From an uncultured Gemmatimonadales bacterium (lineage in GTDB: Bacteria > Gemmatimonadota > Gemmatimonadetes > Gemmatimonadales > GWC2-71-9): a DNA stretch of 64,000 nucleotides. The stretch is from positions 341,883-405,882 of the forward strand of contig CAVYZY010000002.1 in assembly GCA_963773095.1 (NCBI GenBank), read 5' to 3'. Position numbers and translations under genes: made by a program. The notes beneath the pieces were generated by a model. The model saw nothing but the letters and a program-made list of their open reading frames with translations, made no database searches and was not told where the DNA came from. This document shows positions 1 through 9,043 of this stretch, piece by piece (position 1 is the stretch's first letter; each line of letters starts with the position of its first letter).

Positions 1-1
1 C

Positions 2-484
2 CGCAAGCTGACCGTCGAGGAGAACGTGCTGGCGATCCTCGAACGGCGACGGCTGCCGCGCGCGGAGCAGGCGGCGGTGCTGGAACGGATGCTGGAGGAG
101 CTCACCATCAGCCACCTGCGGCACGCCCCGGCGTATTCGCTGAGCGGTGGCGAGCGGCGCCGGCTGGAGATCACCCGGGCGCTGGTGAGCGACCCCAAGT
201 TCATGCTGCTGGACGAACCGTTTGCCGGCGTGGACCCGATCGCGGTGCATGACATCCAGAGTATCGTCGCCGGCCTGCGGCACCGGGGCATCGGCGTGCT
301 GATCACCGATCACAACGTCGAGCAGACGCTCGACATCGTCGACCGGGCGTACATCATGAGTGAGGGCCGCGTGGCGAAATCCGGCACGGTGAAGGAGCTC
401 GTGTGCGATGAGGAAATCGCGCGCCTCTACCTGGGTCCCACGCTTACGGCACGCCTGCGGGCGCGCTGGGGGGGCTGTCCATGA
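2..484 (+). CDS. lptB: LPS export ABC transporter ATP-binding protein LptB (5' end outside window)
   Basis: ABC signature LSGGERRRLEI, Walker B FMLLDEPFAGVDP and H-loop ITDHNV. Sits immediately upstream of rpoN with an ATGA overlap, the classical lptB-rpoN order. Confidence 0.85.
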   Translation, partial: RKLTVEENVLAILERRRLPRAEQAAVLERMLEELTISHLRHAPAYSLSGGERRRLEITRALVSDPKFMLLDEPFAGVDPIAVHDIQSIVAGLRHRGIGVLITDHNVEQTLDIVDRAYIMSEGRVAKSGTVKELVCDEEIARLYLGPTLTARLRARWGGCP

Positions 485-2053
485 GAACAGGGCTGTCGCA
501 GCAGACATCGATGCGCCAGGAGCTGCGGGTCAACCCGCGGCTCTACCAGGCCATGGACATGCTCTACATGCCCATGATGGACCTGCAGCAACACCTGAAG
601 CAGGAGCTGCTGGCCAACCCCTTCCTGGAACTGCTGGAACCGGAGGAAGACGAAAACCCGGAGCAGGCGGACACCAAGCAGGAGAAGGAACAGCAGCAGA
701 AGGACGACGAGGTGGACTGGGAGGAGATCCTCCTCAACGGCTTCGATGTCGGTGGCACGCGGGAACAGTACGAGCAGCTCGAGTACACCGAGCCGGTGAC
801 GGTCGAGACCACCACGCTCGCCGATCATCTGCAGGACCAGTTGCAGATGCTCGACCTGACGCCGCGGCAGCAGCTGCTCGCCGAGGAGTTCGTGGGCAAC
901 ATCAACGACGACGGCTACCTCGCCGCGACGCTGGAGGAGATCCTCGACTCGGTCAACAGCCTCATGGCGGCGCACCACGCGGCGCGCAACGGCGGCAACA
1001 CCGATGACGAGGATGAGGACGAGCTCACCGAAGTGCTGGAGGAGATACCCACCGGCCATCCGGCGGAGATGCTGGGCGAGCCCGAGGCGCCGGCGCGCCC
1101 GGCGTGGGCCGACCTGCCTCCGGAACTGCTCTACACCATGGCCGACCTGGAGCAGATGCTGGGGATCATCCAGCGGCTCGACCCGCCCGGCATCGGGGCG
1201 CGCGACCTGCGCGAGTGCCTGCTGCTGCAGCTGCGCGAGGCGAAGGACACGCCGGCGCTGACGCACCGACTGGTGGACGAGGCGTTCCCCGACCTCATCG
1301 CGCACCGCTGGAACGACCTGGCCAAGCGGTTCAGCGTGGACCCGGCGGCGGTGCAGAAGGCGGCCGACGAGCTGGCGCGATTCGACCCGAAGCCCGGGCT
1401 CAAGCACGCCGACAAGGGCGACGTCGTACATCCTGCCCGACCTGGTGGTGGACAAGATCGACGGTCAGTACAAGGTGTTCCTCAATGACACCGGCGTACC
1501 GCGGCTGCGGCTGAGCCGGTCGTACCAGGAGATCGCGCGGGACAAGAAGAAGCTGACGCCGGAGAACCGCGAGTTCATCGCGCAGAAGATGAACAGCGCC
1601 AACTGGATGATCCAGGCGATCGAGCAGCGCCGGCAGACGATGCTCAAGGTGATGAACTTCATCGTGGACCGGCAGCGCGACTTCTTCGAGAAGGGCGTGG
1701 AGTACCTCAAGCCGCTCACGCTGCGTGAGGTAGCCGAGGTCATCAACATGCACGAGTCGACGGTGAGCCGGGTGACGAACGAGAAGTACGTGCAGACGCC
1801 GCGCGGCGTGCTGCCGCTCAAGTTCTTCTTCTCCAGCGCGCTTTCCACCTCGTCGGGCGAGGACGCGAGCGCCCGGAGCATCCGCGCCAAGCTCGAGAAG
1901 ATGGTGGCGGAAGAGGACCCGAAGAAGCCGCTCACCGACCAGCAGATCGTCCACCTGTTCCAGGAGCAGGGCATCCAGATCGCGCGCCGCACGGTGGCCA
2001 AGTACCGCGACCAGCTTGGCATCCTGCCGGCGCGGATGCGCAAGCGGGTATGA
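481..2053 (+). pseudogene. rpoN: RNA polymerase sigma-54 factor RpoN, split by a single extra base near 1411-1430 as sequenced
   Basis: ORF 481-1488 has the RpoN N-terminus (MRQELRVNPRLYQAMDMLYMP). ORF 1445-2053 has the C-terminus with the HTH and RpoN box (ARRTVAKYR). The frames meet at ...FDPKPGLKHADKG / YILPDLVVDKIDGQYKVFLND. Total length is 1573 nt, i.e. 3n+1. Confidence 0.9.
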
Positions 2054-3006
2054 CGTTCACGCCGGCCACCCACGTGGACGTGAGCGTCCTCGTGCCGGCC
2101 AAGGACGAGGTCGAGAACCTGCCCGAGTTCGCCCGGCTCTGTGACGAGGCGCTGCGGTCGGCGCCGTTCACCGCCGAGGTCATCGTCGTGAACGATGGCA
2201 GCCGGGACGAGAGCGCCGAGGTACTGCGCGACCTGGCGTCGCGGTACCCGTTCCTCCGGGTGGTCAACCACCGGACCCAGCGGGGCATCGCCGACGCGCT
2301 TCGTTCCGCGAGCGACGTGGCCCAGGGCGAGGTGTTCGTGTTCTATCCCGCCGACCTGCAGTACCTGCCGGAGGACATCCCGACGCTGGTGGCACCGATC
2401 CTCGCAGGCGACGCCGACGTGGTGACCGGCACCAAGCAGGGCCAGTACGAGAAGGCGTTCGTGTCGGGGGTGTACAACGGCCTCTGCCGCTGGCTCTTCG
2501 GGGTGACGGTGACGGACATGAACTCGGTCAAGGCGTTCCGGCGGCAGGTCATGGACCACGTGCCGCTGCGCCCGGACTGGCACCGCTACATGGTGGTGAT
2601 CGCGGCGGTGGACGGCTTCCGCCTCGAGTCGCGCCCGGTGCCCCTGCACGCGCGCCGCCACGGCGTGTCCAAGTTCAACTGGCGCCGCATCCCGGTGGGG
2701 GTCGTCGACCTGATTTCGGTGTGGTTCCAGCTTCGCTTCGGGCGCAAGCCGATGCTGTTCTTCGGCGTCGGCGGCGCGGTGCTGTTCCTCGTCGGCCTGC
2801 TCGCCGGCATCGCCGCCCTCGTGCTCCGCTTTGGATTCGGCTACGGCTTCCGGCCGTTGCTCAACCTGGTCGAGACGATGGTGATCTGCGGCGTGGTCCT
2901 TTTCGGCTTCGGCTTCGTCGGGGAGCTGATCGCCGGCATGCGGGAGGAGAACCGCGCGCTCGCGCGGGAGCTCGCGCGCCGGTCCCAGGGCGATCCGCGA
3001 GACTGA
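2050..3006 (+). CDS. GT2 polyprenyl-phosphate sugar synthase, GtrB/CsbB/ArnC-like, with two C-terminal TM helices
   Basis: VSVLVPAKDE...VIVVNDGSRDES, the RRHGVSKF motif and two hydrophobic C-terminal helices. ATGA overlap with the rpoN stop. Confidence 0.75.
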   Translation: MTFTPATHVDVSVLVPAKDEVENLPEFARLCDEALRSAPFTAEVIVVNDGSRDESAEVLRDLASRYPFLRVVNHRTQRGIADALRSASDVAQGEVFVFYPADLQYLPEDIPTLVAPILAGDADVVTGTKQGQYEKAFVSGVYNGLCRWLFGVTVTDMNSVKAFRRQVMDHVPLRPDWHRYMVVIAAVDGFRLESRPVPLHARRHGVSKFNWRRIPVGVVDLISVWFQLRFGRKPMLFFGVGGAVLFLVGLLAGIAALVLRFGFGYGFRPLLNLVETMVICGVVLFGFGFVGELIAGMREENRALARELARRSQGDPRD

Positions 3007-3008
3007 CC

Positions 3009-4154
3009 GTGCGGGTCGTTTTCCTCACTCACAACTTCCCCAGGTTCCCGGGGGACGTCTCCGGGAACTTCCTGGTGCCGCTGGCGCATGGGCTGCTGGA
3101 GCGCGGCATCGAGGTGGTGGTGGTGGCCCCGTCGGATGCCGGCGACGTGGGCCCCGCCCGGGTGGACGGCATCCCGGTGCGCCGGGTGCGCTACGCCCAG
3201 CCGCACAACGAGACCCTGGCCTATCGCGGCACGATGCTCGACGCGGTACGCATGCAGGGCGGGATGCGCGCGCTGCACGGATTGTGGCGGGCCATGCGCC
3301 GCGCCACGCAGGCCGAACTCGCGGCGGGGGCGCAGCTGGTGCACGCGCACTGGTGGGTGCCGGGCGGACTCGCCGCGCCCACGAGCGCGCCGCTCGTGCT
3401 CACCGTCCACGGCACCGATGCCCGCCTGCTGCAGCGCTCGCGCCTGGCCCGCATGATCGCGCGGCCGCTCTTTCGGCGCGCGCGCGTGGTGACCACCGTG
3501 TCCAACCCCATCGCCACGACGATCCGTGAATCGCTCGGCACGTTCATCGAGCCAGAGCGGGTGCAGCCGATGCCGGTGCCGCTGGCCGACGAGCGGTGGA
3601 CCACCGGTGGCTCGGGGCTCATGGTGGTGTCCCGGCTGACGCCGCAGAAGCGAGTGCACCTGGCGCTCGAGGCGCTGGCGTGCCTCCGGGACCTCGACGT
3701 GCGGCTGCCACTCACTGTCGTGGGTGACGGACCCGAGCGCGCCGCCCTGGAGCAGCGCGCGGCCGCGCTCGACCTGTCGACGCAAGTCACCTTTGCCGGC
3801 GGCCTGACGCGCACGAGGGTGCTCGACCTCCTGTGCCGCGCCGACCTCATGCTGTTTCCCGCCGAGGGCGAGGGCTTCGGGCTGGTGGCAGCGGAGGCGC
3901 TGATGCGCGGAGTGCCGGTGGTGTCCTGCTGGGATGGCGGCGGCGTGCTCGACGTCGTGCCGGAGCACGGTGCCGGCCGGCTGGTCATTCCGTCGGGTGA
4001 AGCGATCGCCGACGCCGCGCTGGGGCTGTTGCGGGACCCGGACACGCCGGAACTGGCGCGCCGGGTGGGTGCCGAGTGGCGGCACCGGCTGTCGCCGGCG
4101 CGAGTGGCCGAGGTGTGCGAGGGATGGTACCGCGAGGCGCTTCGCCGTGACTAG
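3009..4154 (+). CDS. Glycosyltransferase family 4 (GT-B fold)
   Basis: GTG start giving VRVVFLTHNFPRFPGDVSGNFL. C-terminal FPAEGEGFGLVAAEALMRGVPVV (EX7E-type motif). The upstream part of the long ORF 2721-4154 is judged spurious. Confidence 0.75.
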   Translation: MRVVFLTHNFPRFPGDVSGNFLVPLAHGLLERGIEVVVVAPSDAGDVGPARVDGIPVRRVRYAQPHNETLAYRGTMLDAVRMQGGMRALHGLWRAMRRATQAELAAGAQLVHAHWWVPGGLAAPTSAPLVLTVHGTDARLLQRSRLARMIARPLFRRARVVTTVSNPIATTIRESLGTFIEPERVQPMPVPLADERWTTGGSGLMVVSRLTPQKRVHLALEALACLRDLDVRLPLTVVGDGPERAALEQRAAALDLSTQVTFAGGLTRTRVLDLLCRADLMLFPAEGEGFGLVAAEALMRGVPVVSCWDGGGVLDVVPEHGAGRLVIPSGEAIADAALGLLRDPDTPELARRVGAEWRHRLSPARVAEVCEGWYREALRRD

Positions 4155-5067
4155 CATCTGGAAAGTGGTGAGGATGGGGCTGGGCGCGCTGCTGGTCGTG
4201 CTGGCGCTGCGCCAGCTGGCGCGCGCCTGGGCCGACGCGCAGGCGGCGCCGGTCGCGTGGCACATCAAGCCGCTGCTGCTCCTGGCCAGCGCAGTGCTCA
4301 CCTGGGCGATGTACGCGGTGCTCATCATGGCGTGGCGCCGGCTGGTCACCGCCTGGGGCCAGGCGATGCCGCTCCGCTCGGCGACCCGGATCTGGATCGT
4401 GTCGAGCCTGGGCAAGTACCTGCCGGGCAAGGTGTGGGCGATCGCCGGGATGGCCGTGATGGCGGGGCAGGTGGGTGTGGCGCCGTGGGTGGCCACTGGG
4501 GCCGCGGTGCTCAACCAGGCGCTCTCGGTGGCGGCGGGTGCCGTGGTGGTGGGCGTCACCGGCACGTCCCTGCTGGAGGCGCAGTATCCCTGGATTCGCG
4601 TCGCGCTCGCGGTGCTGCTGGGCGTCAGCATCGCCGGCATGCTCTTCCTCATGTGGCCTGGTGCCGTGGAGCGGGTGCTGGCGCTGGCGCGGGTGAACGC
4701 GGGGAAGCCCGCGGCGCCGACCGCGGGCGCGCTCGCGCTCGCGGCAGGGGCGAACGTCGTGGCGTGGTGCGGATATGGCGGCGCGCTCTGGCTGCTGGCG
4801 CACGGCGTGCTCGACCGGGCACCATCGCTGGCCCAGTGCATCGGCGCGTTCGCCGCATCGTACGTGGCCGGGCTGGTGGCGGTGGTGGCGCCGGCGGGGC
4901 TGGGCGTGCGCGAGAGCGTGTTCATCCTGATGCTGCAGGGCACGCTCGGCGCGCCCGCTGCCGCGGCGCTGGCCATCGCGTCCCGCGTCATGTTGACGAT
5001 CACCGAGGTAGGGGCCGCGGTGCCCTTCCTCCTTACTTCGCGGGAGCATGCGCGTGCCGCATCCTGA
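4147..5067 (+). CDS. UPF0104 / lysyl-PG-synthase-TM-like (flippase-like) integral membrane protein
   Basis: Polytopic hydrophobic protein with the LGKYLPGKVW motif typical of the LPG_synthase_TM family. Start is GTG 4147 or ATG 4174. Confidence 0.6.
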   Translation: MTSIWKVVRMGLGALLVVLALRQLARAWADAQAAPVAWHIKPLLLLASAVLTWAMYAVLIMAWRRLVTAWGQAMPLRSATRIWIVSSLGKYLPGKVWAIAGMAVMAGQVGVAPWVATGAAVLNQALSVAAGAVVVGVTGTSLLEAQYPWIRVALAVLLGVSIAGMLFLMWPGAVERVLALARVNAGKPAAPTAGALALAAGANVVAWCGYGGALWLLAHGVLDRAPSLAQCIGAFAASYVAGLVAVVAPAGLGVRESVFILMLQGTLGAPAAAALAIASRVMLTITEVGAAVPFLLTSREHARAAS

Positions 5068-7396
5068 GCAGTCGCCCATGGCCGGTTTCGAGCCGCGCCG
5101 TCCCTTCCTCATCGCGACCCTGGTGTTCATCGCCGCCATGCTGACGCTCTGCTGGCCGATGCTGGCGGGGAAGTTCATCTATGGCAGCGACCAGCTGATC
5201 GCGGGCTATGCCTTCCGTCATTTCGGGGCGGAGTTCTTCAAGGCGCATGGCCGGATCCCGGAATGGAATCCCTACATCTTCGGCGGTATGCCGTTCATCG
5301 CCGCCATGCACGGCGACATCTTCTATCCCGCGGCCTGGTTGCGCTGGGTTCTGGCCGAGGACCTGGCGATGACGCTGGCCTACGCGGGGCACCTCGTGCT
5401 CGCGGGGCTCGGGATGTACGCGCTGCTGCGCGGCCTCAAGGTGAGCTGGACGGGGGCGGTGGTGGCGGGCGTGTCGTACGAGATGAGCGGGATCCTCGCG
5501 TCGCTGGTGAGCCCCGGGCATGACGGCAAGCTCTTCGTGTCGGCGCTGGCGCCGTTCTTCTTCCTGGGCCTGCTGCGCGCGGTGCGCGACGGGAAGGTGA
5601 GCGGGTACGGCTGGGCCGCGGTCATCACCGGCCTCTGCATGGTGAGCCCGCACTACCAGCTGACCTATTACATGCTGGTGGCAGGCGGCCTGTGGACGCT
5701 GTACCTCGTGTTCTGGGCCGAGGACCGGCGGGCCAACCTGCGGTGGCCGGTGACGCTGGCGGCGAGCCTTGGTGCGGTCGTGCTGGGAATCGCGATCTCG
5801 GCGATCCAGGCATTTCCGTTCCTGAGCTACCTGCCGTATGCCGCGCGCGGTGCCAACCAGGGGTGGGAGTACGCCACCGGATTTGCGTTCCCGGTGGAAG
5901 AACTGATGACGACGTTCCTGCCGCAGTTCAATGGCGTGCTCACTTCGTACTGGGGCCAGAACTTCTTCAAGCTGCACACCGAGTACGTCGGCGCCATCGT
6001 GATCCTGCTGGCGGTGTTCGGGCTGGGCGACCGGGCGAGGCCGCGGCTCAAGTGGGCGCTGCTGGCGATCGGCGGGCTGTTCCTCCTCATCGCGTTCGGC
6101 GGGCACACGCCGTTCTACCGGCTGTGGTATGAAGCCATGCCGCTGATGAAGAAGGTGCGCGCACCGGGCATGGCGTTCTACCTGGTGGCATTCGTGACGT
6201 GCGTGTTCGCCGGGCTCGGCGTCGATCGCCTGCTCCGGGGCGAGGTTTCAAAGCGCGCCGCTATCGTGGGCACGGCCGTGCTCGGCGTGATCGCGCTGCT
6301 CGGCGCCGTGGGTGCGCTGCAGGGCGTGGCGGAATCGCTCGCCGCGCCGCAGATGGCGGGGCAGGTGGTCGCCAATGCGGGAGCGCTGCAGGGCGGGGCA
6401 GTGCGCCTGCTCGCCATCCTGCTGGCCGGCGGTGCCATCATCTGGGCCATGGCGGCCGGCCGGCTCAAGGGTGGAGTGGCGACCGCGCTCCTCGTGCTCG
6501 TCACCGTCGCCGACCTCTGGAGCGTGGACCGGCTCTTCTTCGAGTGGAACCGGCCGGCGAAGGAAATCTTCGCGGACGACGCCCTGATCACCCGCATGCG
6601 CCAGACGGCACCCCCGTTCCGGGTCATGAACGTGCCGGGTGCCCAGGGCGTGTACCAGGGATCGACCCTGATGGCGCACGACGTCCAGCAGGTGTTCGGG
6701 TATCACGGAAACGAGGTGCGCTTCTACGATGAACTCTGGGGCGGCAAGAACATCTGGAGCAACGTGGGGAACCCGAATCTCTGGGACCTGCTCGCTGTGC
6801 AGTACCTGCTCCTGCCGCAGGAACTGCCAGTGTCCGGGTTTCACCAGGTGGCGGGACCAGTCAACGCGGCGGGTGGCGCGCCGGCGTTCCTGTACGAGCG
6901 GGACTCGGCTGCGGCATACGCCCGGGTCGTGGGTGCCGCGGCCAAGGTGCCGGAGGCCCAACTGGTGCCGACCGTGATCGACACGCGCTTTCCGGTGCGT
7001 GATCTCGTGCTCTTTCCTGACACGGCGTCGGTGACGCCGGCCGCGATTGCCGGCGGACAGCTGCCGGCGCGCCCCGCCATCGACGCGAGGATCTCGCAAT
7101 GGGAGGCGGGGCGCATGACCATCGGCCTCACGGGGCAGGCAGCATCACCGACGTGGCTGGTGGTGTCCGAGACCTGGTATCCCGACTGGCACGCCACGGT
7201 GGACGGCAAGCCGGCGACGGTGCTCCGGGCCGACAACGCGCTCCTGAGCGTGGAGTTGCCACCGGGCGCCAGGGAGGTGGCGTTCGCGTTCAGCTCACCA
7301 TCTTATCGCATGGGCCGGATGGTGACCCTGATCGCCTCGCTCATCGCCCTCGCGCTCATCGTGGTGCCGTTCCGCGCACGGAGGCAGGATGCCTGA
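5048..7396 (+). CDS. YfhO-family polytopic membrane protein (putative GT-C glycosyltransferase)
   Basis: 782 aa with about a dozen N-terminal TM segments. Extracytoplasmic C-terminal part ends with WYPDWHATVDGKPATVLRADNALLSVELPPG plus a final TM helix, the typical YfhO layout. Confidence 0.65.
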   Translation: MRVPHPEQSPMAGFEPRRPFLIATLVFIAAMLTLCWPMLAGKFIYGSDQLIAGYAFRHFGAEFFKAHGRIPEWNPYIFGGMPFIAAMHGDIFYPAAWLRWVLAEDLAMTLAYAGHLVLAGLGMYALLRGLKVSWTGAVVAGVSYEMSGILASLVSPGHDGKLFVSALAPFFFLGLLRAVRDGKVSGYGWAAVITGLCMVSPHYQLTYYMLVAGGLWTLYLVFWAEDRRANLRWPVTLAASLGAVVLGIAISAIQAFPFLSYLPYAARGANQGWEYATGFAFPVEELMTTFLPQFNGVLTSYWGQNFFKLHTEYVGAIVILLAVFGLGDRARPRLKWALLAIGGLFLLIAFGGHTPFYRLWYEAMPLMKKVRAPGMAFYLVAFVTCVFAGLGVDRLLRGEVSKRAAIVGTAVLGVIALLGAVGALQGVAESLAAPQMAGQVVANAGALQGGAVRLLAILLAGGAIIWAMAAGRLKGGVATALLVLVTVADLWSVDRLFFEWNRPAKEIFADDALITRMRQTAPPFRVMNVPGAQGVYQGSTLMAHDVQQVFGYHGNEVRFYDELWGGKNIWSNVGNPNLWDLLAVQYLLLPQELPVSGFHQVAGPVNAAGGAPAFLYERDSAAAYARVVGAAAKVPEAQLVPTVIDTRFPVRDLVLFPDTASVTPAAIAGGQLPARPAIDARISQWEAGRMTIGLTGQAASPTWLVVSETWYPDWHATVDGKPATVLRADNALLSVELPPGAREVAFAFSSPSYRMGRMVTLIASLIALALIVVPFRARRQDA

Positions 7397-8108
7397 GCGC
7401 GCGCTCGTCATCATCCCCACGTACAACGAGCGGGAGAACCTGCCCCAGATCGTCCCCGCGGTCCTGCTGCAGGACCAGCGCCTCGAGATCCTGGTGGTGG
7501 ACGACAACTCGCCGGACGGCACCGGGGAGCTGGCGGATGAGCTCGCTTCGCACGAGCCGCGAGTGCACGTGCTGCACCGGATGTCGAAGGATGGCCTGGG
7601 ACGGGCATACATCGCCGGGTTCCAGTGGGCACTCGTGCACGGGTACGACTTCGTCTTCGAGATGGACGCCGACTTCTCGCACGACCCCAAGTTCCTCCGC
7701 GACTTCCTGCTGCAGATCCAGAATGCCGACCTGGTACTCGGATCGCGCTACAAGCAGGGGGTCAACGTCATCAACTGGCCGATCTCCCGGCTGCTGCTGT
7801 CGCTCGGTGCCAACGCGTATGCGCGCTGGATCACCGGGCTGCCGCTCAGTGACTCGACCGGGGGATTCAAGTGCTTTCGCCGGCAGGTGCTCGAGGCGAT
7901 TGACCTCGAGGCGGTCCGGTCGAATGGCTACGCCTTCCAGATCGAGGTGAGCTTCCGGGCGTGGCGGAAGGGCTTCCGGCTGGTCGAGCTTCCAATCGTC
8001 TTCACGGACCGGGTGGAGGGGACGAGCAAGATGAGCAAGCGGATCGTACGGGAAGCGATCTGGATGGTGTGGTGGCTCAGGCTGCAGGGAATGCTGGGGA
8101 AGATCTGA
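7389..8108 (+). CDS. Polyprenol/dolichol-phosphate mannosyltransferase-like GT2 (Ppm1/Dpm1 type)
   Basis: VIIPTYNERENL, VVDDNSPDGT, EMDADFSHDP, GGFKCFRR and VEGTSKMS motifs. 239 aa with no TM tail. Confidence 0.8.
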   Translation: MPERALVIIPTYNERENLPQIVPAVLLQDQRLEILVVDDNSPDGTGELADELASHEPRVHVLHRMSKDGLGRAYIAGFQWALVHGYDFVFEMDADFSHDPKFLRDFLLQIQNADLVLGSRYKQGVNVINWPISRLLLSLGANAYARWITGLPLSDSTGGFKCFRRQVLEAIDLEAVRSNGYAFQIEVSFRAWRKGFRLVELPIVFTDRVEGTSKMSKRIVREAIWMVWWLRLQGMLGKI

Positions 8109-8135
8109 GTCGGGGAGAAACAGCCGGCAGTCCTA

Positions 8136-8165
8136 GGTGGTGGGTCGTGGGTCGTGGGTCGTGGG
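8136..8165. repeat. Tandem heptamer array (GGGTCGT)x3 plus a degenerate unit, in the ppm1-dapF spacer
   Basis: Read directly from the sequence: ggtggt gggtcgt gggtcgt gggtcgt ggg. Confidence 0.9.
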
Positions 8166-8197
8166 ATGCGCGTGAGAAACTACTTGAGCGGTGTACT

Positions 8198-9043
8198 GTG
8201 AACGGTGAAGCGGTGCGGTTCTACAAGATGACGGGGTCGGGCAACGACTTCGTGATGCTGGACGGGCGGGAGCAGGAGCTCGCCGACTGGCCCGCGGAAC
8301 GGATCGCGGCGGTGTGCGCCCGGCAGACGGGGGTAGGGGCCGACGGGCTGGTGCTGCTGACGCCCGTGGGTGCCGACCGAGTCGGCATGCGCTACTTCAA
8401 CGCGGACGGGTCGTTCGCGGCGATGTGCGGCAATGCGGCGCTGTGCAGCACGCGGCTCGCGGCCCGCCTCGGGCTGGCGCCGGGCGAGGGGATGACGCTG
8501 CTGACGCCGGCTGGAGAGGTGGAGAGCCGTTGCGTCGGATCGGGAAACGAGGCCGAGATCAACCTCCCCGCAGTGGCACCGCTGGTGCGGGTCGAGGGCG
8601 TGTGCAGCGCCGGGGAACACCAGGCGTGGCTGGGCACCGTGGGGGTGCCGCACCTGATCGTCCTGGTGGACGATGTCGAGCGGCTGGACGTGGTGGACCG
8701 GGGCCGGCAACTTCGGTTCGAACCGGCCCTGGGACCGGAGGGAGCCAACGTCAACTTCGTCAGTCCGCCAACGGCACCGGGAAAGCCCTGGCTGATCCGG
8801 ACCTATGAACGCGGGGTGGAAGGGGAGACCCTGGCCTGCGGGACGGGGACGGTGGCCGCGGCGCTCCTGCTGGTCCAAGTCGGGCGGACCCAGCTGCCGC
8901 TGGTCTTTGCCAGCCGGAGCGGGAACCTCCTGTCGGTCCGGGCGACGCCCACGACCGCGGGCGGGTTTGACGATGTGTGGCTTCAGGGTGAGGGTCGCTT
9001 CGTGTTTGACGGGGTCCTGTCCGAGGTGGGCGGCTCCCGTTGA
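8198..9043 (+). CDS. dapF: Diaminopimelate epimerase
   Basis: FYKMTGSGNDFVMLD, NADGSFAAMCGNA and ERGVEGETLACGTG (both catalytic Cys motifs). GTG start at 8198 chosen. Confidence 0.85.
   Translation: MNGEAVRFYKMTGSGNDFVMLDGREQELADWPAERIAAVCARQTGVGADGLVLLTPVGADRVGMRYFNADGSFAAMCGNAALCSTRLAARLGLAPGEGMTLLTPAGEVESRCVGSGNEAEINLPAVAPLVRVEGVCSAGEHQAWLGTVGVPHLIVLVDDVERLDVVDRGRQLRFEPALGPEGANVNFVSPPTAPGKPWLIRTYERGVEGETLACGTGTVAAALLLVQVGRTQLPLVFASRSGNLLSVRATPTTAGGFDDVWLQGEGRFVFDGVLSEVGGSR

Noticed and set aside
2841-5003. Very long antisense or alternative-frame ORFs, e.g. 2841-5003(-), 33236-36175(+), 44837-47572(+), 28720-30606(+), 21717-23288(+)
   Set aside because: These are Arg/Ala/Gly/Pro-rich translations with no recognisable domains, lying opposite or out of frame to strongly conserved genes. 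They are typical stop-codon-poor artefacts of high-GC DNA.
8136-8165. The heptamer and octamer arrays as CRISPR arrays or minisatellite-encoded peptides
   Set aside because: The units are 7-8 nt with no spacers, arrays are under 80 nt and no cas genes are present. A 7-nt period is incompatible with a stable reading frame.
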